From: Octopus sinensis
Lineage: Eukaryota
NCBI RefSeq assembly: GCF_006345805.1
Contig: NC_042999.1
Span: forward strand, 87,544,001 to 87,608,000
DNA: 64,000 nt
Direction: 5' to 3'
The notes beneath the pieces are model-generated. The model was not told where the DNA came from. It saw only the letters and a list, made by a program, of their open reading frames with translations, and did not search any database. Shown one piece after another: positions 12,430 to 24,709 of the stretch. Positions within the stretch are counted from its first letter, which is position 1. The number at the start of each line of letters is the position of its first letter. The position numbers and the translations under genes are program-made.

Positions 12430-12720
12430 ATTGTTACATAATTGGTATTCTTCAATAGCGAACATTTTCGGACTTGAAAAATCCATCACAAGGCGCCGCT
12501 TCCTTTGACACCCTCTTGTTGACCTGCCAAATCAGGAAGATCGGCATTGTTACTGTTTGAGGAACAATTTATATATTTCAATATGTCTCGATTATTTCGG
12601 CTACCCAAAAGTTTAGAACATCCACGTTTTCCACTAAGATCTACTTTGGCAGTGACTGATCAAACCTCATTCTTCTGAATGCTATTTTTTCACTCAGCGT
12701 TGATGACCCCATATACATAT
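12430..12720 (-). mobile_element. Decayed RTE-like LINE fragment (RT thumb region)
   Basis: VENVDVLNF / KLLGS (cf. LExVDxFKYLGS) and IWQVNKRVSK (cf. IWxxKxISK) with frameshifts. Confidence 0.45.
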
Positions 12721-13409
12721 ATACAGGATGATAATCAATGAAATAGCTTATTACCCAAGGGTGGCTTACATACACCCGTCTTCTTCACAATTTAGCAATG
12801 TGTTTATATGCCACACTGGACCTTAATGAATGTCTTTAGTATTTATGTTTTATATTTTTAACATAAATCCCATCGGGCTTAGCTAAACTTGGCCTGTGGA
12901 ATATTTGGCCTCATTCGCATAAATTCCATAAGCGGATAGTTCATTCGTTTGTACAGCTGAATACCCGTAATAGATAACCGACAGAGATCAATTTACTTTT
13001 ATTAATATCCACACTTCTTTTAGGGAATATTTTTGTGATCAAAGATAGTAGAGAGTCAGAAAAAGCAGAGCATCAGATTGGACTAAAATTTTTTACTGTG
13101 TTTAATTTCATTTAAATTATTGATAGAAATCCTGTTGCGGTTAGCTTTGCTTCTTTTTTTTTGTATCTCGAACTTTATCAACCATCTAGTGATTCCAGGG
13201 TAGCAAAAATCTTCCAGACAGGCACCGGAGTAGATACAATTAATTCCACTCTTTCCAAGAAATGTATGGTCTTGCGCCAATGAAACTAAAATTACATTTA
13301 TGCGGTCAGATTTAGTTAATATGTTATAAGATTTATGATATATTTGGCCCGAGAATCTCGTCTTCGGTTAATGATAAATATGTTTAGTGCTACAAAGTAC
13401 TTTCTTCCT

Positions 13410-13640
13410 ATAATAGTAGGATGGGTTTTAGGGTGAACTAGTTGCTGTTTCTAACACGTTGGGCAGCCACGTAGAAATTCTGTCATTGGCTTGTGATTAA
13501 AGTTTTCATCCATTAGTTGTAGCTAATGCACACGCGGTAAGTTCCCGGAGGGCTACTCGGCAACATGTTTTACGATATCTGATCGAATATATTATATTTC
13601 ATTTACGCTACTAACGCTCTGAGTAGATACCATGAGTGTT
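13410..13640. repeat. Interspersed repeat fragment (same motif family as 4450-4620)
   Basis: GCTGTTTCTAACACG..CCACGTAGA; family recognition from memory. Confidence 0.35.
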
Positions 13641-14120
13641 GCAGCTCTCCCTCTCCATTCTTTGTATACCTAATGAAAAAAAAAAAAGAAAACCACAAAC
13701 AAAAACAAAAGCAGTTTTTTTTTCTGGTGGTATCTCAGTGTTCTGTTACTAAGTGAAGTTTTGTCTTCTCTTCTATTATGCCACCCGACTACAAACAACC
13801 GATGAAATTTTAATACGTACCAAGATACAATTCACCGAATTTATCTGATAAAACCGAGGTGTGTAATTATAGCAAATTTATAGTGAATTTTCAGTTGCTT
13901 TGCTACATAACTCTGCGTTGCAATATGGTCTTACACATCCAATAAAATGTTGTTCAATAAAATCAAAGATAAACTATGAAATCGGTTCCTTTTGCTGAAA
14001 CCATTCGCCAAAATGACGAAAACTAGTCAAAAGTCGGTTAATGATTCCAAATATACAAACTGATCTCGTCAGGCGTAAAGTGAAAAATGTAGCAGCTCTC
14101 TTAGATTTCCTTTCCTCGGT

Positions 14121-14122
<2 letters not shown>

Positions 14123-14172
<50 letters not shown>

Positions 14173-14192
14173 TTTTTCTTTCTTTCTTTCTT
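14123..14192. repeat. (TTTC)n microsatellite
   Basis: Seen directly. Confidence 0.95.
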
Positions 14193-14358
14193 TTGGACGA
14201 CTCTTAGAAAGTAAAACAAATGTGTGAAAAAAAATGGAAGAAAATTTGTAAATAATTATGTAATTGGGCAATCCAATCCGTCAGTTACCTGGTTTCTATT
14301 TTTATATTGTAAGTTCGTAAAATAAGCATCTTATATGTTAGAACTACATAAAGCTTAC

Positions 14359-14458
14359 CTGGTACAGCTGTATTTGATCCAGCAAACACTAGTAGGTCGA
14401 GCAGAGTAGAGAGATGAGTTGGAATGCGGGGTGATGGTGGTTTTAAGCATGGCTGGAA
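14359..14458 (-). CDS. Candidate 100-nt internal exon
   Basis: Consensus donor CAG|GTAAGC at 14359/14358 and acceptor TTGTTTACTTTAG. Locally GC-richer, with two open frames (FQPCLKPPSPRIPTHLSTLLDLLVFAGSNTAVP; PAMLKTTITPHSNSSLYSARPTSVCWIKYSCT). Confidence 0.4.
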
Positions 14459-15062
14459 CTAAAGTAAACAAGTTTGTTTTTCGTTTCCTTAGAAATTTCT
14501 TCTTTCCACTTGAATATGTGATTTGCATAACGTTTATTTTAGTTTTTTTTCCTTCCAGTTTCTGAAAATCTGAAACAGACAGTTTAGTACAAAAGGAAAA
14601 AGAAAACAGAAAAGAAAAAGAAAGATTGTAGGTATTTTAGAAGCAAAAAGGCAGCCGTTTTTGCTGGGAAGTTTTATTTCCTTTGATTACCACTCCAGTA
14701 GTCTGACTATAACATCTGAGCAGAGAAAACGAAAATGTTTTGTAAGATAGTGTGGGTGGATGAGTACACTAAGATCTCCTGTTTACACTAAATACGAATT
14801 ACTGAAGGTGAAACAAAGTACTAAAACGTTTTAACACCATCCGGTTATAAATAACACGAATCTGTATTAGGTTGAAGACTTCAGGTAAAAGTGAAGCAAA
14901 GAAGGACGGAGAGAAAAATAGAGGTGTTAGAGTTAGGTGGAGAAAAAAAGAAAAAAGTTATACATATTCACCGTCTTTGTTTTTATTTCTAATAATGACT
15001 TATACTAGAGAAAGTTTTACTATTCTATGAACCTACTTCAACCATATATATTCAAATAATCC

Positions 15063-15246
15063 CCACCTCTCTTTCTCTCTCCCTCTCTCTCTCTTCTTCC
15101 CCTCTCTTTCTCTCTCCCTCTCTTTCTTCTCCCCCTCTCTTTCTCTCTCTCTCTTCTCCCCCTCTCTTTCTCTCTTTCTCTTTCCATCTCCCGCTTTCTT
15201 TTTCCATCTCCCTCTTTCTCTTTCTCTCTCGTTCTCTTTCCATCTC

Positions 15247-15279
<33 letters not shown>

Positions 15280-15288
15280 CTCTCTCTT

Positions 15289-15328
<40 letters not shown>

Positions 15329-15371
15329 AAACATATACATACGCACACGCGCACAAACTCTCTCTCTCTCT
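15063..15371. repeat. (CT)-rich polypyrimidine/polypurine tract
   Basis: Seen directly. Confidence 0.9.
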
Positions 15372-15929
15372 CACACACACGCACGGATACAAACAAACAC
15401 ACACATTCATAGACACCCGCGCTCCCTGTTTTCAATCATACTCGCCTGCTGAAGTTCTTACACTGTGCATATGTGTAATAAATAGCATTTTCCTACCCTC
15501 TCAACTGTGTTGCGCTCATCTCATATTGGTGGATATTTCCGAATGCAAAATACTGTATGTATCAGATTAATGAGTGGGAAATATATATTTAAGATATTCA
15601 TGCATATTTATTATATACAAACTCATATACGCACTACCGCACACTTCTGCACGCCCTCACACACAGTTCTCATAAATATATATTTCCCTACCTGAGAGAT
15701 TGTATGTATAACACTCACTGAAACTCATCTAACATTTGATACAATAGTTGCAAACATACCTATTGAATTGTATGATAAATTAAGAACTGACAAGAGAGAA
15801 AGGAGTCACGTCGAAGGTGTATATCTGCGCACATCTCATACCACTTGTCCTGTTGTCACATTTAAACTCGGTATGGGGAGACACAAATAGTACGTATAAG
15901 GCTCTTATTTATTTATTTATTTATTTATT

Positions 15930-16204
15930 TATGCGCCCTTTTCAAGCCTAGCCAGGCTCATGGGCCCGGTTTCCCGGTTTCTGTGGCGTATGTGTTCCAG
16001 CCAGTCCATCGCAGCGTAGCTCAGGAAACAGGAAGAAAGAGTGAGAGAAAATTGGGACGAGAGAGTACACCCTCTGCTTGAGCCACGTAGAGCTTTTAGG
16101 TGTTTTCGCTCAATAAACACACACAACGCCCGGTCTGGTAATCGAAAACGCGATCCACTGACTGCGAGTCCGCTGCCCTAACCACTAGACCATTGCGCCT
16201 CCAC
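15930..16204 (-). mobile_element. tRNA-derived SINE (family C, variant middle)
   Basis: Minus head GTGGAGGCGCAATGGTCTAGTGGTTAGGGC (A box) and GTTTTCGATTACC (B box-like); (TAAA)n tail at about 15905-15930. Confidence 0.85.
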
Positions 16205-16207
16205 AAA

Positions 16208-16455
16208 TGTGCCCTTCTAAAGCCTAGCCAGGTTCATGGGCCCGGTTTCCCGGTTTCAATGGCGTATGTATTCCCCAGCTGGACGGGACGCCAGTCCATC
16301 GCAGCGTTACTCATTTTTGCCAGCTGAGTGGACTGGAGCAACGCGAAATGAAGTGTTTTGCTCAAGAACACAACGCATCGCCCGGTCCAGAAATCAAAAC
16401 CACAATCTCACGATCATTATGCTGACACCCTAACCACTAAGCCACGCGCCTCTAC
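16208..16455 (-). mobile_element. tRNA-derived SINE (family C) with CORE-like middle domain
   Basis: Same head and 3' tail as 15930-16204; the middle GTTCTTGAGCAAAACACTTCA..CAGCTGG resembles CORE-SINE central domains (inference). Confidence 0.85.
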
Positions 16456-16469
16456 CCATATAAAGCTCT

Positions 16470-18890
16470 AAACAGTTATATATATTATATATCACCCACC
16501 AATTGCTCTAAATCATATGGATAAGTTTGAAGTCTGGCGGAAATAGAAGTCCTAACAAAACTGGACCAATATATCAGTTTACTTCTTGTGGGAGAATTTA
16601 CCCTATCCAGTGTCAGATGGTCTGAAGGCTGCTTTCGTTCAGGAACGACACGGCATAAATAAAGCAAACAATATCTCTGCTCAAGTTCACCAACATGATA
16701 TTTATGGAGCAAGTAGCACTCCACCCAGGTTTAACAATATTCTGAATTTTTGCTTCACAAATAATATGGAACCCATTTATAATGTGAAAGTGGCACCAAC
16801 GTCAGTTTGGGATGATAACTAGGAAGTTATCATCCAAACATGTAGCCTGTAAGAACCACTTAAACTTTATCCAGTCTGAATTTGCACAAAGCAAATTGGA
16901 AATTTATAGAGAAAAGAACTTCAAGCAGATTTAGCATAAATGTCTTACTACACATGGCACTGACTTTAAACTTAACGAATTCATGTCTGTGATACAAGTC
17001 ATATGCATGAAACTTGTCCCGGAGAGAAAAACCAACTTGCACAAGAATGAAGCTCCAAAGAAGGGAAAAGTTCTAATGAGATGAATAACAAAGATTGCGT
17101 ACCACGTAAATAAACAACCAAAAGCAGCGAAAATGCCATGTAAAAAGAACACCGTTAGAGACTGAGACAGCTTTTCAATATTCTCATGAAAAAGGAAGTG
17201 CAGTTAAAAAAAGCCTGTGTTATAACAAGGTAAAAATATGGCTTTGTTCCAAGAAAATGGCTCCATCCTTGCAAAACCCAATAGAATAAGTGAAATACTG
17301 AACGAGAAATCCATGAGTGTTTCCTCCTCCCCTCTAGGACATATGTAAGTGAGCAAATCAAACGAGTCCTTTGTCACTACATCTGTACATAGGGAGACAG
17401 CAACGATCGATTACATCAATGCGAAAGAGTCTAAATTCTGTTATTGGTCTGATTGTCAGCATTCTTTAAAAATGTGCTTTAGAGACACTACTGCAGTATC
17501 ATCTAGAGCGTTTTTGCAAATAACAAACTTCCAAGCAAGTTGAAGGAAAGCATAATACACACTATTCATAAAAGTAGCAGTAGAGGAAATGCTAAATATT
17601 ATAGACCTCTCCCTCTGACCTCAAGCATCATCAAAATCATGGAATCATGGTATGCTTGGAAGTAGCTCATCATGTTCTTTGAAATAAATGACCTTCTAAC
17701 ACCCAACATGATTTTCGACCAGGAAGAAGCTACCGACATAACCCTTACATTACGACTGGATATTACAACTGTTACTCAAATACTCAGATGTGGTTGTAAT
17801 ATATATCAATTTTGTGAAACTCTTCGGCGAAGCCGAGCATAGATTGATGTATTGCAAACTGCATGATCTCGAAAACTGGGGGAACGGCTGCACGAGTTTT
17901 TCAATCAGAAGTCGGACAATAGTAGACAATAAGGCCAACTCCCAGAAAGTAATGATAGTGAGTAGAGTCCCTCTACTCAGCTATCCAGATATGCACCCAG
18001 CTATCCAGACAGATCATATCACTCTTTATGCAGATGATACTGAAGTCTCGCGGGTGATAAAGAACCCTGAAGATGCACACATCTGAAATATGGTTAAAAG
18101 ATGTATATAAGTGGGTTGAACAAAATAACATGCAATCTAATGCTGAAAAATTCTAAACCCTTCTCTGTCAGTACATAAAATTAAAAGCAACGCTCACAAA
18201 ATACACTGGATTTCAGTCCCTGAGTCACAGATAATACGCAGTTAATTAACATGAGTAATGATGCATCTTTCCATGTTCGTATTGCAAAGTTTGTAATGAA
18301 ATGTGGATTCCTGGCCGGTTAGATTCTAAGAACTTTCAGAATAATAGTGCTGGAAACATGATGATCACCTGGAGACATTCGTCCTCAGCTGTGGTAAACA
18401 AATAGTGTAAAATTAATGTCGGAACTTGAAGCAGCCCAATACTACTGTACGAAAAAAAAATTGCCTCAGTGCAGCAGATCAGCTAGTGGGAAGGGCTGCA
18501 AAAGTTAGAAATATATTCCCTAGATTGAATGCAAGAAGGAAGGATGTGCAGTTATATATGCCAGGAATATCCTGGAAGGACGTGTACCAAACTTTAGTGT
18601 AAGCTATACTAATTCACGAATTGGGTTCCACTGCATAATGCCAAAGATACCATACTTACCAACAAGATTAGAACTAGATGCTGCAATGAATTAGGGTCCA
18701 CAACTTTTCAATATCCTAACGAAAGACTTGGAAGACCTATATGGTGTGGATGTAGATGCATTTAAAAAGGCTGGGCTTTCTACTGTCTTGAATTCCAGAT
18801 AAGCTTACTTTGCGCCAGGTATCAAACCTGAGGGCACAACTTTGAAATCCCTCATTCACCAAATGCTTTCTAAAGAAGGAAGATCGGTAA
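16470..18890 (+). mobile_element. Decayed CR1-like LINE (APE C-terminus plus RT)
   Basis: NILNFCFTNN (APE end), YYRPLPLTSSIIKIME, QHDFRPGRS, VIYINFVKLF (cf. YLDFxKAFD), TLYADDT, WVEQNNM; multiple stops. Confidence 0.85.
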
Positions 18891-18956
18891 AGGTGTTGAA
18901 ACATTTATGGTAAAGCTCCTGTTTGGTCAACGAAACAAACAAAGGCAGAGATAAAT

Positions 18957-18959
<3 letters not shown>

Positions 18960-19043
<84 letters not shown>

Positions 19044-19115
19044 CACATATTCATACATACATTTATATATATATACATATATATTATATATACATATATA
19101 TGTATATATGCATAT

Positions 19116-19184
<69 letters not shown>

Positions 19185-19245
19185 GGTATGTACATATATG
19201 TATGTATATATGCATATGTTTATATATCATTTATATTATTATATG
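18960..19245. repeat. Compound (CA)n/(TA)n microsatellite
   Basis: Seen directly. Confidence 0.95.
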
Positions 19246-19249
19246 AACG

Positions 19250-21620
19250 CCATGCATCCTTTTCCAAGTGAGTTTTATCTTAAGAATTAAGATGCGCACT
19301 CTTCTATCTCTACTATCTCTTCTCTGTCTATCTCTCTCCCTCTATAGTTCTTCATCCTCTCTGGTTTTCTCTCTCACCATTCCCTATTCCTCTCCTCTCC
19401 TTTTCACCGTTCCCTCCTTCTCACTCTTCCTTCTTGACTCCCTCGTCGCTGACACGTGACGAAAGGGAATCTATCTCTCTGCCTATTTCCTTGCTAAAGA
19501 CAACACGTGCTTATACCTGTCTCCTCTCATAAGCTCGTCTTCCTAGTGTTCATGATAAGTTTTCTATCGTCTTGACTTAACAGCCCTCACCGTTTGTTTT
19601 TACTGTCTTGTTCTCACTACCCTGTTCTTGTTACCACTTTCACACTCCGCAAAAAATTCCAAATTTTATTTAATTTGCTTTGCGGGAAGGACTGTTTCAA
19701 TGAAGTCGCGTATTGTCCTTGTCTTCAAAACGCGGAGTAGATGAAACAGGGACAACTGATGAAGAGGAATATTCTTTATGTTGCATGTCTCATTTCTCTG
19801 TTTATTTTTTTCATTGTTCGAAAAAAGTTAGTTTTCTATGTTTCTATGGTGATATATTCCATCTTTATTCTCTATCTCCTTACAAATTTTGTGGTTATAA
19901 AAGCTATACTAAGCTTTTATAACCACAATAACAGCATGCCTCTTCATTTCTTGAGTTAGCTGAGGGTCTGCCATTGTTATCTTCTGTTTCCTTGTTCTAT
20001 ATTAGAATTTTACAAATCCAGGAATAGAAATTCAATATTCAGAAATAAGTCAATCAATTTATTAACCAATCTTTTAGTAAATAAATCACGTATCAGAAAG
20101 TGTGTAAGATTCTTAGAGTGATGACTATGAATTTTATAATGCGAGGTGTATTTATCATGTTCGAAGGATCGGTATAAAATACACACAAAAAGGTCCCCAT
20201 CAACAATTAGTTATTTAACAGTTATATCTTCTAAATTAAAGGTTGCAAAAAAAGAGGTTAAAAATTAAGATATCGAAAACAGAATATCAAAAGTCAATAC
20301 AACAATTGTACGAGTGCTACACCATAATTTTACCTCCATATCTTACTGGTTTAGAGAAGTTATGAATAAAGCTTGACTGGATTTTATGTAAAAGTAGCGT
20401 AAGGATTCTAGCAGACTATGATGAGGAAGTCATCAAACTATAGTAATATAAAACAGTTGGAGAACTGTCACGACTTTCTTATTGAATAAATATTATGAAG
20501 AAAAGAAACGAAAGAGTAATGAAACATAACCACAATAAACTAGTAATTTAAAGGTTAAGCAAAAGCCTGAAACAAACATTGAAACACAGTTTAAGCACGT
20601 AAATGAATAAATAAAGTTAAATTTAGGAAAATAACTATAAATCGAGAGACGAATGTGATTAATAAGGAAACATATGTTGAGATTCAAAACTTAAGGGACC
20701 GAAATTAAGTCTAGTTCTCAAAAGAGGTAATAGAATTAAGTGACTGATTACAGGGTAAAGGTTAAAATAAAAAAGAAAATACTGAAGAAAGTGAAAAAAA
20801 CCTGAAAAAATTGAAGAATTAGATTCTTTGTAGTACCAAAAATACAATTTAAAAAAAGCTTCTTTTAAAAATATTTAAATAAAGTTTTAATGATTATAAA
20901 AATTGTAAAAGTCTGGGAAAGTGAAAATTATAGAAAACGTATAAAAAACAACTCATAACGCTCTATTAACGTGAAACTTTTAAAATTATAAATTTGCGAA
21001 ACAAGAATATAAGGGAAATGAAATGATTAAAATGATTAAGACCAAATTTAAAAGATAGGAATCACAGCATTAATTGGGCTAAACAATTGAAATTTAAAAT
21101 TTTAAGTTACAGATTGATAGCGATAAAATTTAATGTCATATTGAAATGTACTAAATTTACCATAAAAACGTAAAAATTTAAAATTGTCTCCAGAAAGAAT
21201 TTCCCAAAAAATATTTGAAGTAAATAAGAGTTACTTGAAGTTTAATAAAAATATTTTTTAATAATTACTAAGTTAACGGTGAATACTGAAAGGTAGGAGA
21301 TGAACATAACCACCTCCACGAAGAACTTAGTAGGTTATTGGAAATCTTACAAAAAGTGATAAATATATATGCATATAATTGTGTGAGCAGCATATAAATA
21401 ATTGATTACGTTTATTTATTGGACTATTTTGATATCACCAGGTTCTCTAATACTTTCAAGAAATACAGATTGCACACACTTCCACCACTCTTGTACGAAA
21501 AAAGGGGTTTTAATTACAATCCAAGACATTTCGTAGTCTATTTTTTTCCTTTTGAAATTCCATATCAATTCGACCAGTCAGGTCGTGTTCTGCTTATGGG
21601 GGTTCTTAAATGAATGGTCA
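19250..21620 (+). mobile_element. Probable Penelope-like remnants (3'UTR-like block 19250-19900, very decayed RT 20850-21620)
   Basis: Weak motifs (SYLKFNK cf. NYFxFN; EIPYQ cf. IPY) and a CT-rich 3' block recognised from memory as an octopus repeat. Confidence 0.3.
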
Positions 21621-21649
21621 TGGTTATATAATCTACATTTAAATGAACA

Positions 21650-21970
21650 GCCTGAGGCTCCTATATAACGTAAGATTGCACTGTGTGGAAGTAGAGCACT
21701 TGTAATTATATTTTCTTAGGGTATTGTTTAATGGACATTTATTAGGAATTCCACAGTTACATATATTAGAAAGATTATTATTATTAGCATTTATTTTTTT
21801 GAAGTCCTTCTTTTAGTGGATTCAGCACCAGCCATAGTAGGTTCACTCGAATTTTTATTTGCTTGTTGGCTAGAATAAAGGACAGCCTGTTCAACTACTA
21901 GTTCAATCATGTTCAACCAGGCTGATACTATCATGTAATTTTTTATTATTCAAAGCAGCTATGCTGTCAG
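21650..21970 (+). mobile_element. Possible pogo/Tigger DDE transposase remnant
   Basis: VLLLVDSAPA (cf. LLLLDNAPAH), STTSSIMFNQA (cf. NTTSLIQPxDQG), FKAA. Confidence 0.4.
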
Positions 21971-22082
21971 CTGAATTTCGAGTATGGAATTCGAGAATTA
22001 GATGGAAAGCCTATTGAAGATTTTATGGTACTTATAAGTCAGATAAAAATTTCATACCCCGTGTCCAAAGAATACACAAGCC

Positions 22083-22227
22083 CATACATACATACATACA
22101 TACATACATACATACATACATACATACATACATACATACATACATACAGACAGACAGATATACATACATACATACATACATACATACATACATACATACA
22201 TACATACATACATACATACATACATAC
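22083..22227. repeat. (CATA)n microsatellite
   Basis: Seen directly. Confidence 0.95.
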
Positions 22228-22500
22228 AGCAGGAAACACTGACAGACAACAAGTGTACGTTGTGCAAGACCAAGACTGAAGACACCAACCACGTTATTAC
22301 CTACTGCGAGAGAATGTCTTCAAGATTTTTATCTTCTATGAGGCCTGATGCGGTGGCAAGAACAGTTTGGGACAAGATAACAAAAAACGAAAACAACTAC
22401 AGACGAAGTTGACTATATTTAGACCGATGGGTCAAAAGAATATTAGTGGAAATTAAAACACAACCGGTCAGATTTTGTTGTGTGGGGCCAGAAGAGAAAA
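22228..22500 (+). mobile_element. R4/Dong-like LINE C-terminal fragment (CCHC knuckle and RLE start)
   Basis: CTLCKTKTEDTNHVITYC (CX2CX7HX4C), RPDAVAR (cf. RHDxVAR), HNRSDFVVW (cf. NRPDIVV). Confidence 0.75.
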
Positions 22501-23434
22501 CTTATGCTCCGTTGTACGCCTTACAAAGACCATTCGCACCAATTCCATATCTCCATAAAATAAATCCATATACACAATAAATACACACATCCACATACAC
22601 AATGGTCAATCAGTACGCACACAGTCACAACAAAAATACACACACATAACGATGGTATACATATACACGCTTCAATTCACCGTAGCATCAACATATCACA
22701 GCCCTCTAAAGATAACCTCCACAAAAAATGATGCACGCAAATATATATACACACATATAAGCTGCAACAAACTTTTATACGTACAAGCTCCCCACCAAGT
22801 ACCATCAAGATAACTTTCTTACTGCTAACTTAAATGTTGCTCTTATATATCTGAAATATTTCTTCTGTGTCACTTCCGATCATGTGATATGCGCAGTTTT
22901 CAAACAAACTTGACAAAGAGCAACACATATTCTTCCATCGTTTCGTTTTTCCCTTCCGTCGCTTTGTTTTCCTTCTGTCTTCTACACTTATTTAATTTTA
23001 CTAAGTATTTGACAAAAGTTTATTCCCGTAACATGAAAGAAACTTCCACTTTCTTAACGTCATGCTAATATTTACAGTATGGTTTATTTTGTTAACCGTG
23101 TAATTCTCATCGCGAACTTTCTACATGTACATTCATGTATAGACATACATTTACACATACACATACATAGTATATAATACCCATATCACTCCATACATAT
23201 GCATACAGGAACACATAAGTATACGTATAAATTGATTCGAACATGTACCTTATACACACATAACATAAATGCGCACGCACACATACTTGCACACATACAC
23301 ACACAAGTATAATGAAGAATACAAAAGAAGGAAAATGTACAGAAATTTTATGTTGGATGTTATATATTTATTTTTATGAAACATAATATTTAGATTGTCG
23401 ATCGCTTTCACTTATGCTAATCAATACTCAGTAG

Positions 23435-23673
23435 TTAGTGATAATATTCCAGTTTCGTGCTATCATAATAAGTTTTCATTCCATGTTTGCAGGAGGAAGG
23501 ATATTTTGTAAATGGATGCAGAGGCAAATATATCTTAGGGGAGGTAATCAGTGATTCAATCACTGATTTGCAGTTGGACGTGGCCCGGGTGGAGCCAGGA
23601 GAAAGGCGAGCAATCAGGATGTCTGGTGAAGGCCTGGTGCCCGTTGTGCCGATAGCACCGGAGGATCTAAGAG
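23435..23673 (-). CDS. Candidate terminal coding exon (Ser/Thr/Pro-rich, product unrecognised)
   Basis: Acceptor TGTTCTCTTTTAG, GC-rich island, open phase-1 frame LRSSGAIGTTGTRPSPDILIARLSPGS...LEYYH*. A competing 51-nt plus-strand exon (23493-23543) also has splice signals. Confidence 0.3.
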
Positions 23674-23682
23674 CTAAAAGAG

Positions 23683-23723
<41 letters not shown>

Positions 23724-24079
23724 GCATATATATATTTACATGCACACTTACGCATAAATATATATATAGATAAATATGTATAAATATGCAAATATACATA
23801 TCAAGAAAAATGTAAACACCTATATATACATATAATATACATGCATATTCAAACCTATACACATACAGATATCTATCAAATTTATTCGCGTACACATATA
23901 TACACGCATACACATATATACTCACATAATTACACACATATATGCACATACACTATAATAAACAAAGATGCTAATGATTTAATTGGTATCATGTAACATT
24001 TACTGAAAGGAAATAATTATTAAAATCTACATTGTCTAGAAAATTCTAAAAAATTCCTATTTAATACATACATACATAC

Positions 24080-24165
<86 letters not shown>

Positions 24166-24313
24166 GGAATAGAAAGATGAATAATCTTGTTGCAGATTAA
24201 TCAAAAGTTTAACCGATACCTTGGTAGCAAAAATCACAGCAGAAGACAGCACGGTTGGAGGTACAACCATATGGTGTTGCAACCATGCGTTGGTGCGGAT
24301 AATTGAATTTTAA

Positions 24314-24649
24314 TATTATTAGGGAATTGAAGAAATGGAGTTGAACGAAGATTGAACAGAATGACCGCTGCCTGACCTGTTAAAATCTTCAACGCACCCA
24401 CCACCCGTTTTCAACATACATTGATAAACAGTTTGGCCATGGGCTCTTAGGAGCCTCGTTCGATTTGTTTTGCTCCGTCTCTGTTCTGTTTTTTTCCAAC
24501 GGATATCCTATTTCTTCCTGAAGAGAAAGACACAATATGGTCTCCTTATTCAATCGGAATTTGGTAAATTGTGGCTTTCGAAACACGTGTAGAATGCAAT
24601 AAAACGATTTCTGTTCAATCTTCGTTCAACTCCATTTCTTCAATTCACT

Positions 24650-24656
<7 letters not shown>
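24314..24656. mobile_element. ORF-less element with 48-bp inverted repeats (47/48 identical), TA-flanked, containing a hammerhead motif
   Basis: 24314-24361 TATTATTAGGGAATTGAAGAAATGGAGTTGAACGAAGATTGAACAGAA versus reverse complement of 24609-24656; right end runs into (TA)n. Confidence 0.85.
24509..24601 (+). ncRNA. Type I hammerhead ribozyme motif with long stem II and palindromic stem III
   Basis: CTGAAGA core 24518-24524; stem II GAAAG/CTTTC plus CACAAT/ATTGTG; GAAA 24580-24583; CACGTG palindrome 24584-24589; TA 24590-24591; imperfect stem I TATTTCTTC / GAATGCAATA. Confidence 0.75.

Positions 24657-24709
<53 letters not shown>

Noticed and set aside
14690-14716. Minus-strand 25-nt microexon-like segment
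   Set aside because: Good acceptor but weak donor; cannot be supported without reads.
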